Assembly (NCBI GenBank): GCA_965203175.1
Contig: OZ241867.1
Coordinates: forward strand, 1,952,001-2,016,000
Direction of reading: 5' to 3'
DNA from: Candidatus Latescibacterota bacterium
GTDB lineage: Bacteria; Latescibacterota; UBA2968; UBA8231
Length of the DNA stretch: 64,000 nucleotides
A model generated the notes under the pieces. The model saw only the letters and a program-made list of their open reading frames with translations, did no database searches and was not told the origin of the DNA. A program made the translations under genes and the position numbers. Shown piece by piece: positions 8,888-19,356 of the stretch. How positions within the stretch are numbered: the first letter of the stretch is position 1; the number at the start of each line of letters is the position of its first letter.

Positions 8888-11800
8888 ATGAGACGCCCTA
8901 GTTACTCCTCTCGCTGCCCTGCCCTGATTCTCATCTTCTTGCTCGGCCTGAACCTCGTGCCAGCCCAGCCCGCTGAAGCTCAGAAGCGGGGATACCGGAT
9001 CGCCGGCAACCAAATCGTCGTCAACTCCCCAGCCCATTGGGAGCGTTGGAGCATGCCCATACATGCCGTAAACATACTCCCCTCCGGCGGCGTCCAGCCC
9101 CACTCCTCCCGCTCCCGATTCAATATCTTAGACGACTTGGAGACCTATGCGCGTCGCTTGCCGGAACTCAGGCGCAAGAAAGGTCAGACCGCCGTCTCAA
9201 ATATCGACAGCACTGAAACGCTGGATGTCTTCGGCAACGTTATACGCGATCGCAAAAAAAATCCCCTCTACACCCATCTGTCCCGCATAGGTATCAGCCG
9301 CGTTGGATCCAATCCCAAGGCCGCAGCCAATATTCTGGACGGCGACCCCAATACCTTCTGGGAGCCCGACTTCAACGATCCCATAGAGGAGTGGTGGGTT
9401 GAGGTGGACCTCGGCCGGAGCCTGCCCGTCGATGAGTTAGTCTTAAACTTTGTCGATGAGTCGTTGGGCGATCCCTTCCGCCAGTTCAGAATATTGAGTG
9501 CCCCTTTCCAAAAAATTCTCAACCACGAGGCGAACGAAATCCCCTTTCGCCGCGAAGGCGGCACCAAAGGCTCCAACGAGGACCAACGGGTGTTCTCTTT
9601 CCCCCTAGAGCAATTCAAGGCTGACCCCAATTGGACTGGGGAAACCGTCCAGGTAATCCGCATTGTAGTAACCGATTCCAGATTCGGCCGGCGCAAGTTG
9701 ATTTCAGAGGAGGAATGGTCTGCTCTGAATCCGGCGGACCGAGGAGATGTTGTCTACTATATTAAGAACCAACGGGGATTCGAAGAACCGGTTGAAAAAT
9801 CTGTTTACGACGATCTGTCGCCCGAACGCCAAGGCAAAATAGAGCACTACATCCGCGAGCGGCCTCGGCTGGCCGACATCCAAGTCTGGGGATTTGGGGA
9901 CAATCTCAGCCCGAGGCTCGTAGAGGGGGGCGGCTCGGCCGGTTTCTATGGGTCCAACGATTCCTTTTCTCCGGCCCCGGCATTTGACGGGGATGGAGGC
10001 TCCAATTTTATCCACCTAGTCTGGTCTCCGACGGTGGACCGGGGAGTTTTATTCGTGGATATGGGAGCTACTTTCTGGTTGGACACCTTTCGCATGTCCT
10101 CCTCCCTGCCTCGGCTTCAGATCGATGGCTATATTCTGCGCGGCTCGGACGGGTCGCGGGATTCTAGCGGCCGGATCAAATGGCGGCGCATAAGTGATCG
10201 GGCCCGGGAACACAACCTAGCAGATCTGTTCGAGCACATAATGGATATATACCAGCCCCCTCCCAAAGTACGCTTCCTGGAAATAACCATCGTCTCCGAT
10301 GACCCCAGGCGCCGGGGCGGTTATGCCGCCGGTCCGAACGTCTCCGAATACCAACTCTTCTCAAATGGCTATCCGGCTGTAGTAGAGTTGGTCTCGGATC
10401 TGATAGAACTGCCAGGAACGAAGAATCTAGGCGGCATCACTTGGGAAGGCGAGACTCCACCAGGGACCACGCTGGAGGTGCGCACCCGCACTGGCGATCT
10501 GCTGGCCAAGGAGATTCGCTATTACGACAAAGGTGGTACGGAAATTACCGCCGACGCTTGGAAGAATCTCATCGGCAGTTTTAAAGGTCCGGCGGACACC
10601 ACCTTTATCCCGACGAGAGGCTGGAGCCCCTGGAGTCGGGCCTACCAGAACCCGGGAGATCCGGTGACCTCCCCTGGGTTGCGGAAGTTCATGCAGGTCC
10701 AAGTCAAAATGATCACGACCGACCGAAATGTCTCCGCCTCCATACAATCTATCGGCATTGAAATGGCCACCCCTGTGGCCGAACTCATTTTGGCCGAAAT
10801 GTGGCCCATTGATATTCCCACTCCGGGCATCGTCGATACCTTCGAAGTATTCATCCAACCCAATTTTACCGAAAGTCCCTTTAGCGCGCGCAGTGCTGGG
10901 TTCGATGAAATCCTGCTGACCATGCCTGCCTCCCAAAGCATGGAACTCCTCGAGGTGGGCCTAGACACCGATCCCTTGACCGATGGGGAAGATCAAGTTT
11001 TTCTTCCCACTGGAGAGGGAGGTTTCGTCGCCGGAAACGGTGAGGCGCTCCAGTTCTCGGGTCCCACCACTGGCTCCGATTCTATCTGGGTACAACTACC
11101 CACCTCACTCCATAGCCTCTCCGATTTGCCCAAAATCTATAACAAGATTACCGCAGAAGGCGATCAAGTACCAGTAACAGGAGACGGCCTGCTGCTCTCG
11201 GGGGATTCTTACGGCCTGCTCCATGGCAAGGAAAAGGGAGATATCCTCTATTTCGATGCAGAGGGCAACTCTATCGATCAGGCCGCCTACCTGGCCCTCA
11301 ACGAGGAAGAGCAAGGCTTCATGCGCTTCTTTAGGCTGCTGAACGGAGACGGGGCTCAGTTTCCCTTCGACGAGGTGGGGGATTCCCTCGATGTTACCTC
11401 CTACAACCGCCTCTCCAGAAAGGAAAAAGGCAATATAGTCGGCCGAGGTCCGCTGGTACGGCTGCGCTATAGGGCACCGGTCTTTCTCAATGGCACTACG
11501 CTGCGCCTAGCGGTACGCAATACCAGCAGCGGCAGTGATGCTCCATGGCAGATCATCGCTGCCGGCGATGCGACTCCTTTGGTGGCGAGCAATTCCCTTA
11601 CTATCAATGTACCGTTGGAGAGCAAACCCATCGATAAATTTAGTCTAGCCCCCAATCCCTTCACCCCCAATGGGGACGGCATCAACGACGAGATTGTGAT
11701 TCGCTTCTCCATCTTTAAAATAACGGCCAACCGCCAAGTGAAGGTGAAGATTTTCACTCTAGATGGCCGCTCGGTATGGGAGGCGACGCAGATGCTCGAC

Positions 11801-11947
11801 AGCGGCCACGTTTCAATCCGCTGGTCCGGCGAAGACCGCAACGGCCAAAGAGTGGCACCCGGGCTCTACCTCTGTCAGCTAGAACTGGATGTAGACAACC
11901 AAACAGGCGGGTCCACCCAAACCCGTCTGCTTTCCGTCGCCTACTAG
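8888..11947 (+). CDS. Large secreted protein with discoidin/F5-8-like domains and C-terminal FlgD-Ig/CHU_C-like domain
   Basis: AGGAGG SD before ATG 8888. Signal peptide ending AEA. ILDGDPNTFW..WWVEVDLG (discoidin-like). C-terminal NPFTPNGDGIND...WSGED...PGLYL. Confidence 0.8.
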   Translation: MRRPSYSSRCPALILIFLLGLNLVPAQPAEAQKRGYRIAGNQIVVNSPAHWERWSMPIHAVNILPSGGVQPHSSRSRFNILDDLETYARRLPELRRKKGQTAVSNIDSTETLDVFGNVIRDRKKNPLYTHLSRIGISRVGSNPKAAANILDGDPNTFWEPDFNDPIEEWWVEVDLGRSLPVDELVLNFVDESLGDPFRQFRILSAPFQKILNHEANEIPFRREGGTKGSNEDQRVFSFPLEQFKADPNWTGETVQVIRIVVTDSRFGRRKLISEEEWSALNPADRGDVVYYIKNQRGFEEPVEKSVYDDLSPERQGKIEHYIRERPRLADIQVWGFGDNLSPRLVEGGGSAGFYGSNDSFSPAPAFDGDGGSNFIHLVWSPTVDRGVLFVDMGATFWLDTFRMSSSLPRLQIDGYILRGSDGSRDSSGRIKWRRISDRAREHNLADLFEHIMDIYQPPPKVRFLEITIVSDDPRRRGGYAAGPNVSEYQLFSNGYPAVVELVSDLIELPGTKNLGGITWEGETPPGTTLEVRTRTGDLLAKEIRYYDKGGTEITADAWKNLIGSFKGPADTTFIPTRGWSPWSRAYQNPGDPVTSPGLRKFMQVQVKMITTDRNVSASIQSIGIEMATPVAELILAEMWPIDIPTPGIVDTFEVFIQPNFTESPFSARSAGFDEILLTMPASQSMELLEVGLDTDPLTDGEDQVFLPTGEGGFVAGNGEALQFSGPTTGSDSIWVQLPTSLHSLSDLPKIYNKITAEGDQVPVTGDGLLLSGDSYGLLHGKEKGDILYFDAEGNSIDQAAYLALNEEEQGFMRFFRLLNGDGAQFPFDEVGDSLDVTSYNRLSRKEKGNIVGRGPLVRLRYRAPVFLNGTTLRLAVRNTSSGSDAPWQIIAAGDATPLVASNSLTINVPLESKPIDKFSLAPNPFTPNGDGINDEIVIRFSIFKITANRQVKVKIFTLDGRSVWEATQMLDSGHVSIRWSGEDRNGQRVAPGLYLCQLELDVDNQTGGSTQTRLLSVAY

Positions 11948-12097
11948 CGGGAAGGCTCAAGGCTCATAGTCCGCTACCAATGTATTGGAAAGAGCTTGAC
12001 AAGCTGTCCAACTTAGTATATCTCTACGCGCGAATAACTTATAAGTATAGGATCAGATCACGATCCCGCTGAAGTTAAGACAACGCAAAGGAGGCAG

Positions 12098-14785
12098 TTG
12101 GTGATTACACGAAGATCAGCTTTTTGCCTCGTTTGGGGCGCAATCTATCTGAGTTTGATTCCATTTCACGCCCTAGCTCAACAGTACGGAAACCGTCTCG
12201 GCACGGTCCAGCGAGGGGGAGAAGTATCCTTCCAACCCAGGGGCCCAGGGGTGCTCTTTGGTGCCCTAGACCCGGCCCAGAGGAAATGGTATGTACCCCA
12301 AGAACTCTTTAATGAGTACCAGTGGCGCCAGTGGGAGTACTCCAACTATGCCCGGGAACATTTTCAGAGGTATGTCAATATCGTCAATGAAGGCGATTCT
12401 TTCTACGACCTCTACGGCAACTATATCACCCGGGGTTGGGTTATCTTCAATAATTCCCAAACCCAGCCGCAACAGTTTGGCTCTTCCATCCTCAAAGCCA
12501 ACAGGTTTGATCAATGGTTCAGCGGTGCCCTTATCTCGGCCGATGCCAAGGGCCAAAACTACTATGCCCTGACCATAGGCGCCGCCCTCCGCACTACCCT
12601 CACCCCCATGACCTTTTCCAAACCTCGCTGGGACGGAATCCAATTCGACTACGCCGCCGACAAGTACCAGGGGACTATAATCTACTCGCGCATCAGTCAG
12701 CCCGGCGGCACTACTACGAACGATATTGAGACTCTAGCGACCAACACCACGTCCCTCATTGGCGGGCGCTTTACCACCCAAGTCGGCGATTTTGCTACCA
12801 TTGGTCTCACCAGCGTCAATAGTCACCAGTCCAATACCATCATCGATGGATTCGCCGGCAATCCCATCACCGGCGAACTGACTCTGGACCAGAACAACAC
12901 CATTTCTGCCATTGAAATTGTCCTGCGCGATGACTCGCCTGAAGACGGAGTGGGAGGTGCCGCCTTCTTCCCGGCCGGTTCCGATATTATCATCACCTAC
13001 CTAGACGGTACGGTGGACCGGGGCAAACAAATTCGCTTTGAGCCCGTCATCGAAGGGGGTTTTGTCCGCGAAGGCTTTCTCTCAGCAGATGGCACCGAGG
13101 AAATTCGCCTGCGTTACGACTTTGACAGCCCGGCTTTTATCAGCCGCGCCAGTTCCTCCAAGGAAGATATCAAAAAGGTGAAATTCCGTCTGGTTCTGGG
13201 CAACGATTACCAGGTGTGGGTGACCTCGGATCGGCAATTGAACCAATCGGACGTTTCGGTTTTGATTTTGCAGGCCCAAGCCGAGGGCAATGTCCAAGAC
13301 AATACCAACCTGCAGGTAGTCAGCTTCGAGTATGGTCTGCCCACGGCTACCCAGATCTGGGGCGGCACCTTGGAGTTGAATGAGGTTTTGGGCTTCGATT
13401 TCTACGGCGAATACGACCTGAGCTATTCCTATACTAAGTACCCCAACGTCACCATCGATGCCACTGAGAAAGACCACTCCACTTGGTCGGGCATCGATGG
13501 AGACCGAGCGGCTCCGGCTTGGATGATCAACCTGTCGCGCGCCGATTACCCTTGGTTCGTCTTTGCTGAAGCCTACAGCATGGATCCGCGCTACAACACG
13601 AGGACCTTCACCACCCTCAGTTCCGGCTTTATCGATTATGAGGACGAACGCGCCCATGTACTAGAATTGGTGGAGGACAACGACGATCAGGACCAATTCC
13701 CCGATACGGTCCGCAAAGACTGGAGATCAGGCGACCAGCAGGTCTATCCGGGTTGGGATGAAAACGGCGACTTCATATCTGACTTCAACCAAAACGACAA
13801 CCGCTCGTTGACCAACTCCATTCCCGACTACGATGAGCCTTTTCTGCGCCACAACGTGGATCGTCCCGAGTTTCTCTTTGGGGTCGATATGAACAACAAC
13901 GGCTGGATCGACCGCTTTGAAAACGACGAATTGCCGGATTATCCCTACAAGAAGGATCACCGAGGCTACAACATCTATTTTGGCACCCATCTGAGCCCAG
14001 AGATGCGCATCACCCTTGGTGCCCTGCGCGAGGATCTGATTTCCTCGGACCAAAAGAACCAGGCGAGGTACGCTCTCTTCACCTTGGACCGCGATACGGC
14101 CACATGGGGGCATTGGCGTCTTTTCAATATGCTCAAGTCAGTGGAAGACGATATTGCCGACGATTTACTGCAGTGGCTGCCCAACGCCAATATTCGCACC
14201 GGCGAATCCACCAAAATCGAGGATCCTCTCATCGGGCGCGACGCTTGGATCAATTCCCTATGGCTAGGCAATGACTACAAACTCAGCGGATTTAAGGTCA
14301 GCAACTACCTAAAGTACGATTTCTACCACCAGCGGCTCAGCCAGAATGAGCGCGCTCCTCTGGGCTTGCGCGAACAAGATTTCTTCTTTGGCCTTATCAA
14401 TAAAGCCAGCTACCGCTTCGACTTGGGCAACCTGTGGCTCGAACCGCGCTGGAAAAGCGAATTCCGCTACCAGAGCATCGATCTAACCTCCACCGATAAA
14501 CGCCGAGAGCTCATGGAACTAGGCGGCCTTATTTTGGGATTTCCCCTGCTGGCCCATACGAGTGTTCAAGCTGGTCTGGAGTTCTCCCGCTTCGACGATT
14601 TCGAAAACGACATCAATGACTTCAATGGCGTGGTGAGTGCGGTGCAATTTAGCAATGATTCGGCCTACCTAGGGTACCAGTTGACCACTCGGATGGGCTT
14701 GCAAATAGATCGCCGCAAAGCCAAAGGGAAAAGCGCGAGCATCATCACCCAAAGTTTCCTCACCGTCTATGCTGGTATACAGTAA
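12098..14785 (+). CDS. Large secreted hypothetical protein, probable outer-membrane beta-barrel with Asp-rich Ca-binding-like loops
   Basis: Signal peptide ending ALA. Aromatic-rich alternating beta-strand patterns, especially in the last ~250 aa. DNDDQDQFPD, DENGDFISD and DMNNNGWID loops. Ends FLTVYAGIQ. Confidence 0.6.
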   Translation: MVITRRSAFCLVWGAIYLSLIPFHALAQQYGNRLGTVQRGGEVSFQPRGPGVLFGALDPAQRKWYVPQELFNEYQWRQWEYSNYAREHFQRYVNIVNEGDSFYDLYGNYITRGWVIFNNSQTQPQQFGSSILKANRFDQWFSGALISADAKGQNYYALTIGAALRTTLTPMTFSKPRWDGIQFDYAADKYQGTIIYSRISQPGGTTTNDIETLATNTTSLIGGRFTTQVGDFATIGLTSVNSHQSNTIIDGFAGNPITGELTLDQNNTISAIEIVLRDDSPEDGVGGAAFFPAGSDIIITYLDGTVDRGKQIRFEPVIEGGFVREGFLSADGTEEIRLRYDFDSPAFISRASSSKEDIKKVKFRLVLGNDYQVWVTSDRQLNQSDVSVLILQAQAEGNVQDNTNLQVVSFEYGLPTATQIWGGTLELNEVLGFDFYGEYDLSYSYTKYPNVTIDATEKDHSTWSGIDGDRAAPAWMINLSRADYPWFVFAEAYSMDPRYNTRTFTTLSSGFIDYEDERAHVLELVEDNDDQDQFPDTVRKDWRSGDQQVYPGWDENGDFISDFNQNDNRSLTNSIPDYDEPFLRHNVDRPEFLFGVDMNNNGWIDRFENDELPDYPYKKDHRGYNIYFGTHLSPEMRITLGALREDLISSDQKNQARYALFTLDRDTATWGHWRLFNMLKSVEDDIADDLLQWLPNANIRTGESTKIEDPLIGRDAWINSLWLGNDYKLSGFKVSNYLKYDFYHQRLSQNERAPLGLREQDFFFGLINKASYRFDLGNLWLEPRWKSEFRYQSIDLTSTDKRRELMELGGLILGFPLLAHTSVQAGLEFSRFDDFENDINDFNGVVSAVQFSNDSAYLGYQLTTRMGLQIDRRKAKGKSASIITQSFLTVYAGIQ

Positions 14786-14797
14786 TTTCTCCCAGGC

Positions 14798-17077
14798 ATG
14801 ACTGCACCTTTTGCCCCAGGCGACTGGCACCGCCTGGGGCTTGCCCTTTTGTTGGGCCTGTTGGCGCTAATCCTCCGCCTTATCTACTTGGAGCAAATTC
14901 GGGATAGCTTATTCTTTAATATCCCCATCGTAGATGCCAAAACCTATGCGGAGGATGGACTCTATCTAAGCAGTCAGTCCTGGGCCGGCCGACCGATGCC
15001 CTTCTGGCAGCCGCCGCTGTACCCTTATCTCTTGAGCCTCTTTTTCTGGTTTTCCGACCAAAACCTCTACCTGCCGCGCCTGTTCCAAGCTCTGCTCGGA
15101 GCGGGTATATGCGTCTTTACCTACATTCTCGGCCTCCGCGTTTTCTCCTTTCCCGTAGCTTTTGGGGCCGGGTTGGTCGCTGCTTTTTACGGTCCGCTGA
15201 TCTACTTTGGCGGTGAGTTGCTGCCCACTATTCCGGCCATTTTCCTCAACCTGCTGTTGCTGTTACATCTGAGCCGCCAGCCCAGTCCAGATCGCTGGCC
15301 CTATCTGGTCTCCGGCCTCTTGCTAGGTATATGTGCCTTGGCCGTAGCCAATATTCTCTTGTTCCTTCCCTTCCTGCTTTTCTGGTTGTGGTCCACTGGT
15401 AAAAGGGCACATATTGCCCTCTCTCGCATCTTGCAACAGGGCGTCCTCCTTCTTTTGGGATGTGGCCTTGTTATCGCTCCCGTTGCGCTGCGTAATTATC
15501 TCGTTGGCGGCGACCTAGTGCTGATTTCCCATAATGCCGGGATCAATTTCTACATCGGCAATAACCCCGACTACGATCACACGGTCAATATCCGCCCGGG
15601 GCAAGACTGGCTTCACCTAATTGAAAGCCCCGAAAGAGAAGCAGGTATTGAACGCCCCTCGTCAAAGTCCCGCTTTTTCTTTGCGCGCTCATGGGCCTAT
15701 ATCGCTGATGCTCCCTTGGATTACCTGAAACTTTTGGGGCGCAAACTCTATCTTTTTTGGCACGGTGACGAAATCCGGCGGAATCTCGATCCCTATTTCG
15801 CCCGCGGCGATTCGACCTTGCTCCAAGTTTTACTGTGGAAGTTTGGTCTGGCTTTTCCCTTTGGGCTAGTGGGGCCTTTCGCCCTGCTCGGGCTGGCGTT
15901 CTTCGGGTGGAGCAAAGAAGGCCGTACCCCCCAAGGACGTCTGCTGTTATTTTTTCTTCTCGCCTACATGCTCTCGGTGATTCTCTTCTTCGTGACTACT
16001 CGCTATCGCCTACCTGCCGTGCCTATTTTGTTGCTCTTTGCCGCTTTTGGCCTGTACAGGCTCTGGTACACATCTCATCGCCTCTGGGTCTTGGCCGGCG
16101 TAATCGGGGCCGTAGTGCTGACCAACTTGGGCACCGGTCGAATGGATATGGCAGGGGACACTCAGCAGCGCTTCTGGATGGGCTATGCCTATGAGCAGAA
16201 GGGCATGATCGCCAACGCCATGCGGGAATACCGCGCCGTGATTGAGGACCGTCCCGATCACCGGAATGCCTTGTTGAGCCTGGCCAACCTCTACAACGCA
16301 AAAGCACAACACGCCGATGCCCTAGAAATCTACCATCAATATTTGCGCTTTTATCCCGAGACCGTTCCCGCTCGTTTTCTGCTGGGCAATGCCTATCTGG
16401 GTGCCCAGTTGTATCAGGAGGCCATCGCCATCTACTCCGATCTGGTTCCTCTGCGACCCCAATGGGCCGCCCTCCACGGCCGCCTAGGCTACGCCTATGT
16501 AATGGCTGGCCAGCCCCAGCGCGCCATCCAAACCTATCGCCAAACCCTTGACCTCCAGCCGGATTCGAGCCTAGTGCGCTACCAGTTGACCCGGCTCTAC
16601 GAAGAGACCGGCGACATAGATACAGCCGAAAAAGAGTGTCGCATCCTGCTGAGCCAAGAACCGGAAAATCCCCAGTACCATACCCTTTTGGCCAATCTTT
16701 TGCTCAAACGCGAAGGAGTTGCAAAAGGGGCAAACTCGCTAGGTCGGTCCCCCCGATTGCTAGCGGCAGAAGACCATCTGCTTCAGGCTATCGGCTTGGA
16801 TGCCAATTCCGTCCAGACCCGCTGGAGTTTGGGTCTGCTCCTAGCCCGACAAAAGCGCTACACTGAAGCAATTGAGCACTTCGAGAAAATCCTGCTCTTA
16901 AGGCCCACAGAGTTTGAGGCCCACAGGCACCTAGGCAATCTCTACAAGCGCGCCGGAGACCTCAAAAAGGCCGACGAACACTACGGTCTTTATAGCCTTG
17001 CCGATCAGCAACAAAAAATGCGGCAACGAGCCGAAACCTCAATAAAAGAACAATTGACAAAAATCTTGGGGAAATGA
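14798..17077 (+). CDS. GT-C fold glycosyltransferase (PMT_2/ArnT-like, GT39-like) with C-terminal TPRs
   Basis: Multi-TM N-terminus with DAKTY, PPLYPY, NFYIGNNP and RYRLP motifs, followed by a TPR array. Confidence 0.82.
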   Translation: MTAPFAPGDWHRLGLALLLGLLALILRLIYLEQIRDSLFFNIPIVDAKTYAEDGLYLSSQSWAGRPMPFWQPPLYPYLLSLFFWFSDQNLYLPRLFQALLGAGICVFTYILGLRVFSFPVAFGAGLVAAFYGPLIYFGGELLPTIPAIFLNLLLLLHLSRQPSPDRWPYLVSGLLLGICALAVANILLFLPFLLFWLWSTGKRAHIALSRILQQGVLLLLGCGLVIAPVALRNYLVGGDLVLISHNAGINFYIGNNPDYDHTVNIRPGQDWLHLIESPEREAGIERPSSKSRFFFARSWAYIADAPLDYLKLLGRKLYLFWHGDEIRRNLDPYFARGDSTLLQVLLWKFGLAFPFGLVGPFALLGLAFFGWSKEGRTPQGRLLLFFLLAYMLSVILFFVTTRYRLPAVPILLLFAAFGLYRLWYTSHRLWVLAGVIGAVVLTNLGTGRMDMAGDTQQRFWMGYAYEQKGMIANAMREYRAVIEDRPDHRNALLSLANLYNAKAQHADALEIYHQYLRFYPETVPARFLLGNAYLGAQLYQEAIAIYSDLVPLRPQWAALHGRLGYAYVMAGQPQRAIQTYRQTLDLQPDSSLVRYQLTRLYEETGDIDTAEKECRILLSQEPENPQYHTLLANLLLKREGVAKGANSLGRSPRLLAAEDHLLQAIGLDANSVQTRWSLGLLLARQKRYTEAIEHFEKILLLRPTEFEAHRHLGNLYKRAGDLKKADEHYGLYSLADQQQKMRQRAETSIKEQLTKILGK

Positions 17078-17081
17078 CCCA

Positions 17082-17110
17082 TTGACATGCAAAACTATTT
17101 CGCGCATAGT
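17082..17110 (+). promoter_or_regulatory. Putative sigma-70 promoter
   Basis: TTGACA-17 nt-CATAGT upstream of GAGGAG-ATG 17155. Confidence 0.55.
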
Positions 17111-17154
17111 TCAACATTAGGCCACTCAGTTCCAACCTTTGCTGAGGAGATGCC

Positions 17155-19272
17155 ATGCTTAAGAATACAGTATCCTCAAGACAGGTCATCTTAATTTGGA
17201 TTGGAGTCCTGTCCCTCTGCCGTTGGGCAGTCGCGCTGGAGACGGTGAGTCTTGGAGAGAACGGCTCCCTCAACTGGCGCGGTGAAGGTTCGTCCTCGGT
17301 GGAGACTATCGAGCCTCAGTACCGATCCCTTTTCCAAGACGACGATGTGCCGGGCGTGGAACTGGAGGTGGGCAACTCACCCGGCAGTTTGATCGAGTTT
17401 GAGAGCGACCAATTCCCCGGTAGTATCCATCCTCTGCGCATTCCAGATGGCGAGAATATCGCCAATACCGCCCTAGGACGCGGGGGTGGTATAGAAGCAC
17501 CCAATGTCTTGGACTTGGGTGGCTTCACCTCCGGCATTTTTGACAAAAAGGACCTGGAGATCACCTTGGAGGAACTCATCAAAACGGATGACGGCGGTGA
17601 ACTAAAAGCGTTCGAACGCAAGAATTACAATGCCTTGGGGACCCTAATATTCGTCGAGTTGGGGGGACTCTTTGGGGTGAATCGCGTTCGCTTCTATCCC
17701 CGCAATACGGTTTTCCCATCGCCTACCACCCCATTCCACAACGATTTTTTGCGGGCCTTTGAACTGTTCACCAACGACGGCAGCCAGACCGAAGGAGGCA
17801 ATCTCATCTGGGAGCCACTGCTCCTAGAACCCGATAACGAGAATCCAGTTGTCGATGTAATTATTGATCCACCGCGTTCTGTCAAAGCCCTGCGCTTGCG
17901 GGCGACGACCACGGTCAACTACGAGATCGACGAGTTTGAGGTATTCGGTACGGGCTTTTTGTCCAACGCCGAGTATATTTCACCTATTTTCGATGCGGGC
18001 CAACCTGCGGTGTGGAACGTACTCCGCTGGCAGGAAGAAGCAATTGGCGATCCTTCCTTTTCCAATATCCAGATTCGCACCCGCACAGGTAGGGATACTA
18101 ACCCACTTGTCTTTACTCGTCTGCTCTACGGCCAGCGCAATCCCACAGAAATTTCGCTCTCGGTAAATAACCTGGAACAGGAAATGGATTTGGCAGAGTA
18201 CAAATCGCTGCCGCTCGACGACGAATTGGGGCGCCGATGGGAGCACGGACCGGTTCGGGAAGATCTAGTCAACTGGAGTCCGTTCAGCACGCCGCTTCCC
18301 GCCAGTGCAGCCAACGATACGGCGGGCACACCCATTACCTCACCCGGGCCGCGGCGCTATTTTCAGTTTCGAGTAATTTTCAACAGTAGCGATCTGGATG
18401 CAGGGCGGGTGCTCAAGAGCTTGAGTTTTGATGTGCTGGCACCCCCTCTAGCCGATGCCGTTATCGGCGAAATTTTTCCCCGGGATGTGCCAGTTTCCCA
18501 GAGTACGTCCTTCACCTATGCCCTGCGCACCGAGGCTCAGTCCGACGGCTTGCTCGGTTTTGACACAGTGAAGATTTCCACAGTCAGCCAAGTGGAAAGC
18601 ATCGACAGTATAGAAATGAGGGATTCCAGCGGCCAAATCATCGCTGAGCGGACTTTTGCTGGTCTAGATGATTCGTCTATTGAGGAGGGGTTCCAGATCG
18701 TCTCGGTATCCCCTGCCAGTTTTTCGGTGCGTCTGCCGCCGGTGAGCGAAGATAATATCGTGATTCTCCTCCGCTTTCAGACCGGAGTCTTGATATATAG
18801 TACAAACTTCACTGGTTCGGTCCTGCTCTCCACCGAACTAGGGGCTTCGCAGGCCATTATTCCGGGCGATGCAGTTTTGTTGGGTGAAGGGGACGAGGCC
18901 GATTTATCCGGTACCACAGTGCTTAGTCCCTCGGTACTCGAAAAGACCCAACTGCTCGACCAAATACTTATCGAACCCAGTATCTTTAGCCCCAACGGAG
19001 ACGGAGCTAATGATGTGATGGGGATGAGCTACAATCTGCTATCCTTGAGTATCGTCCGACCTGTGGCAATTGGGGTGTACGATTTAAGCGGACGCCAGAT
19101 CCGGGTCATCCACGACGGACCCGAGACCAATGGGCAGTACGCGGACAAGACCTGGGACGGCCGCAATGAGCATGGGCAGCTAGTGCCGCCGGGACTTTAC
19201 CTCGTGCACATCAAAGTCAAGGGAGACGCCAAGGTCGAGGAAAGGGCCCACATTGTGGGAGTGGTCTACTAA
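17155..19272 (+). CDS. Secreted protein with C-terminal FlgD-Ig/CHU_C-like domain (paralog family)
   Basis: Signal peptide. Shared motifs EIDEFEVFG, IRTRTG, WSPFS, SPGPRRY, GEIFP, FSPNGDGAND...WDGRN...PGLY, ending VVY. Confidence 0.8.
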   Translation: MLKNTVSSRQVILIWIGVLSLCRWAVALETVSLGENGSLNWRGEGSSSVETIEPQYRSLFQDDDVPGVELEVGNSPGSLIEFESDQFPGSIHPLRIPDGENIANTALGRGGGIEAPNVLDLGGFTSGIFDKKDLEITLEELIKTDDGGELKAFERKNYNALGTLIFVELGGLFGVNRVRFYPRNTVFPSPTTPFHNDFLRAFELFTNDGSQTEGGNLIWEPLLLEPDNENPVVDVIIDPPRSVKALRLRATTTVNYEIDEFEVFGTGFLSNAEYISPIFDAGQPAVWNVLRWQEEAIGDPSFSNIQIRTRTGRDTNPLVFTRLLYGQRNPTEISLSVNNLEQEMDLAEYKSLPLDDELGRRWEHGPVREDLVNWSPFSTPLPASAANDTAGTPITSPGPRRYFQFRVIFNSSDLDAGRVLKSLSFDVLAPPLADAVIGEIFPRDVPVSQSTSFTYALRTEAQSDGLLGFDTVKISTVSQVESIDSIEMRDSSGQIIAERTFAGLDDSSIEEGFQIVSVSPASFSVRLPPVSEDNIVILLRFQTGVLIYSTNFTGSVLLSTELGASQAIIPGDAVLLGEGDEADLSGTTVLSPSVLEKTQLLDQILIEPSIFSPNGDGANDVMGMSYNLLSLSIVRPVAIGVYDLSGRQIRVIHDGPETNGQYADKTWDGRNEHGQLVPPGLYLVHIKVKGDAKVEERAHIVGVVY

Positions 19273-19356
19273 TCGCTCCGCAGCCAAAACGGCTTAAGAT
19301 CCTGATCGTCGGTCTTGCTCATTAATTGTCTACTCCGCACCAGCAAGGAGCGAGTT

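Noticed and set aside
11996-12024. Promoter with perfect TTGACA before the 895-aa gene
   Set aside because: No convincing -10 hexamer at 16-18 nt spacing.
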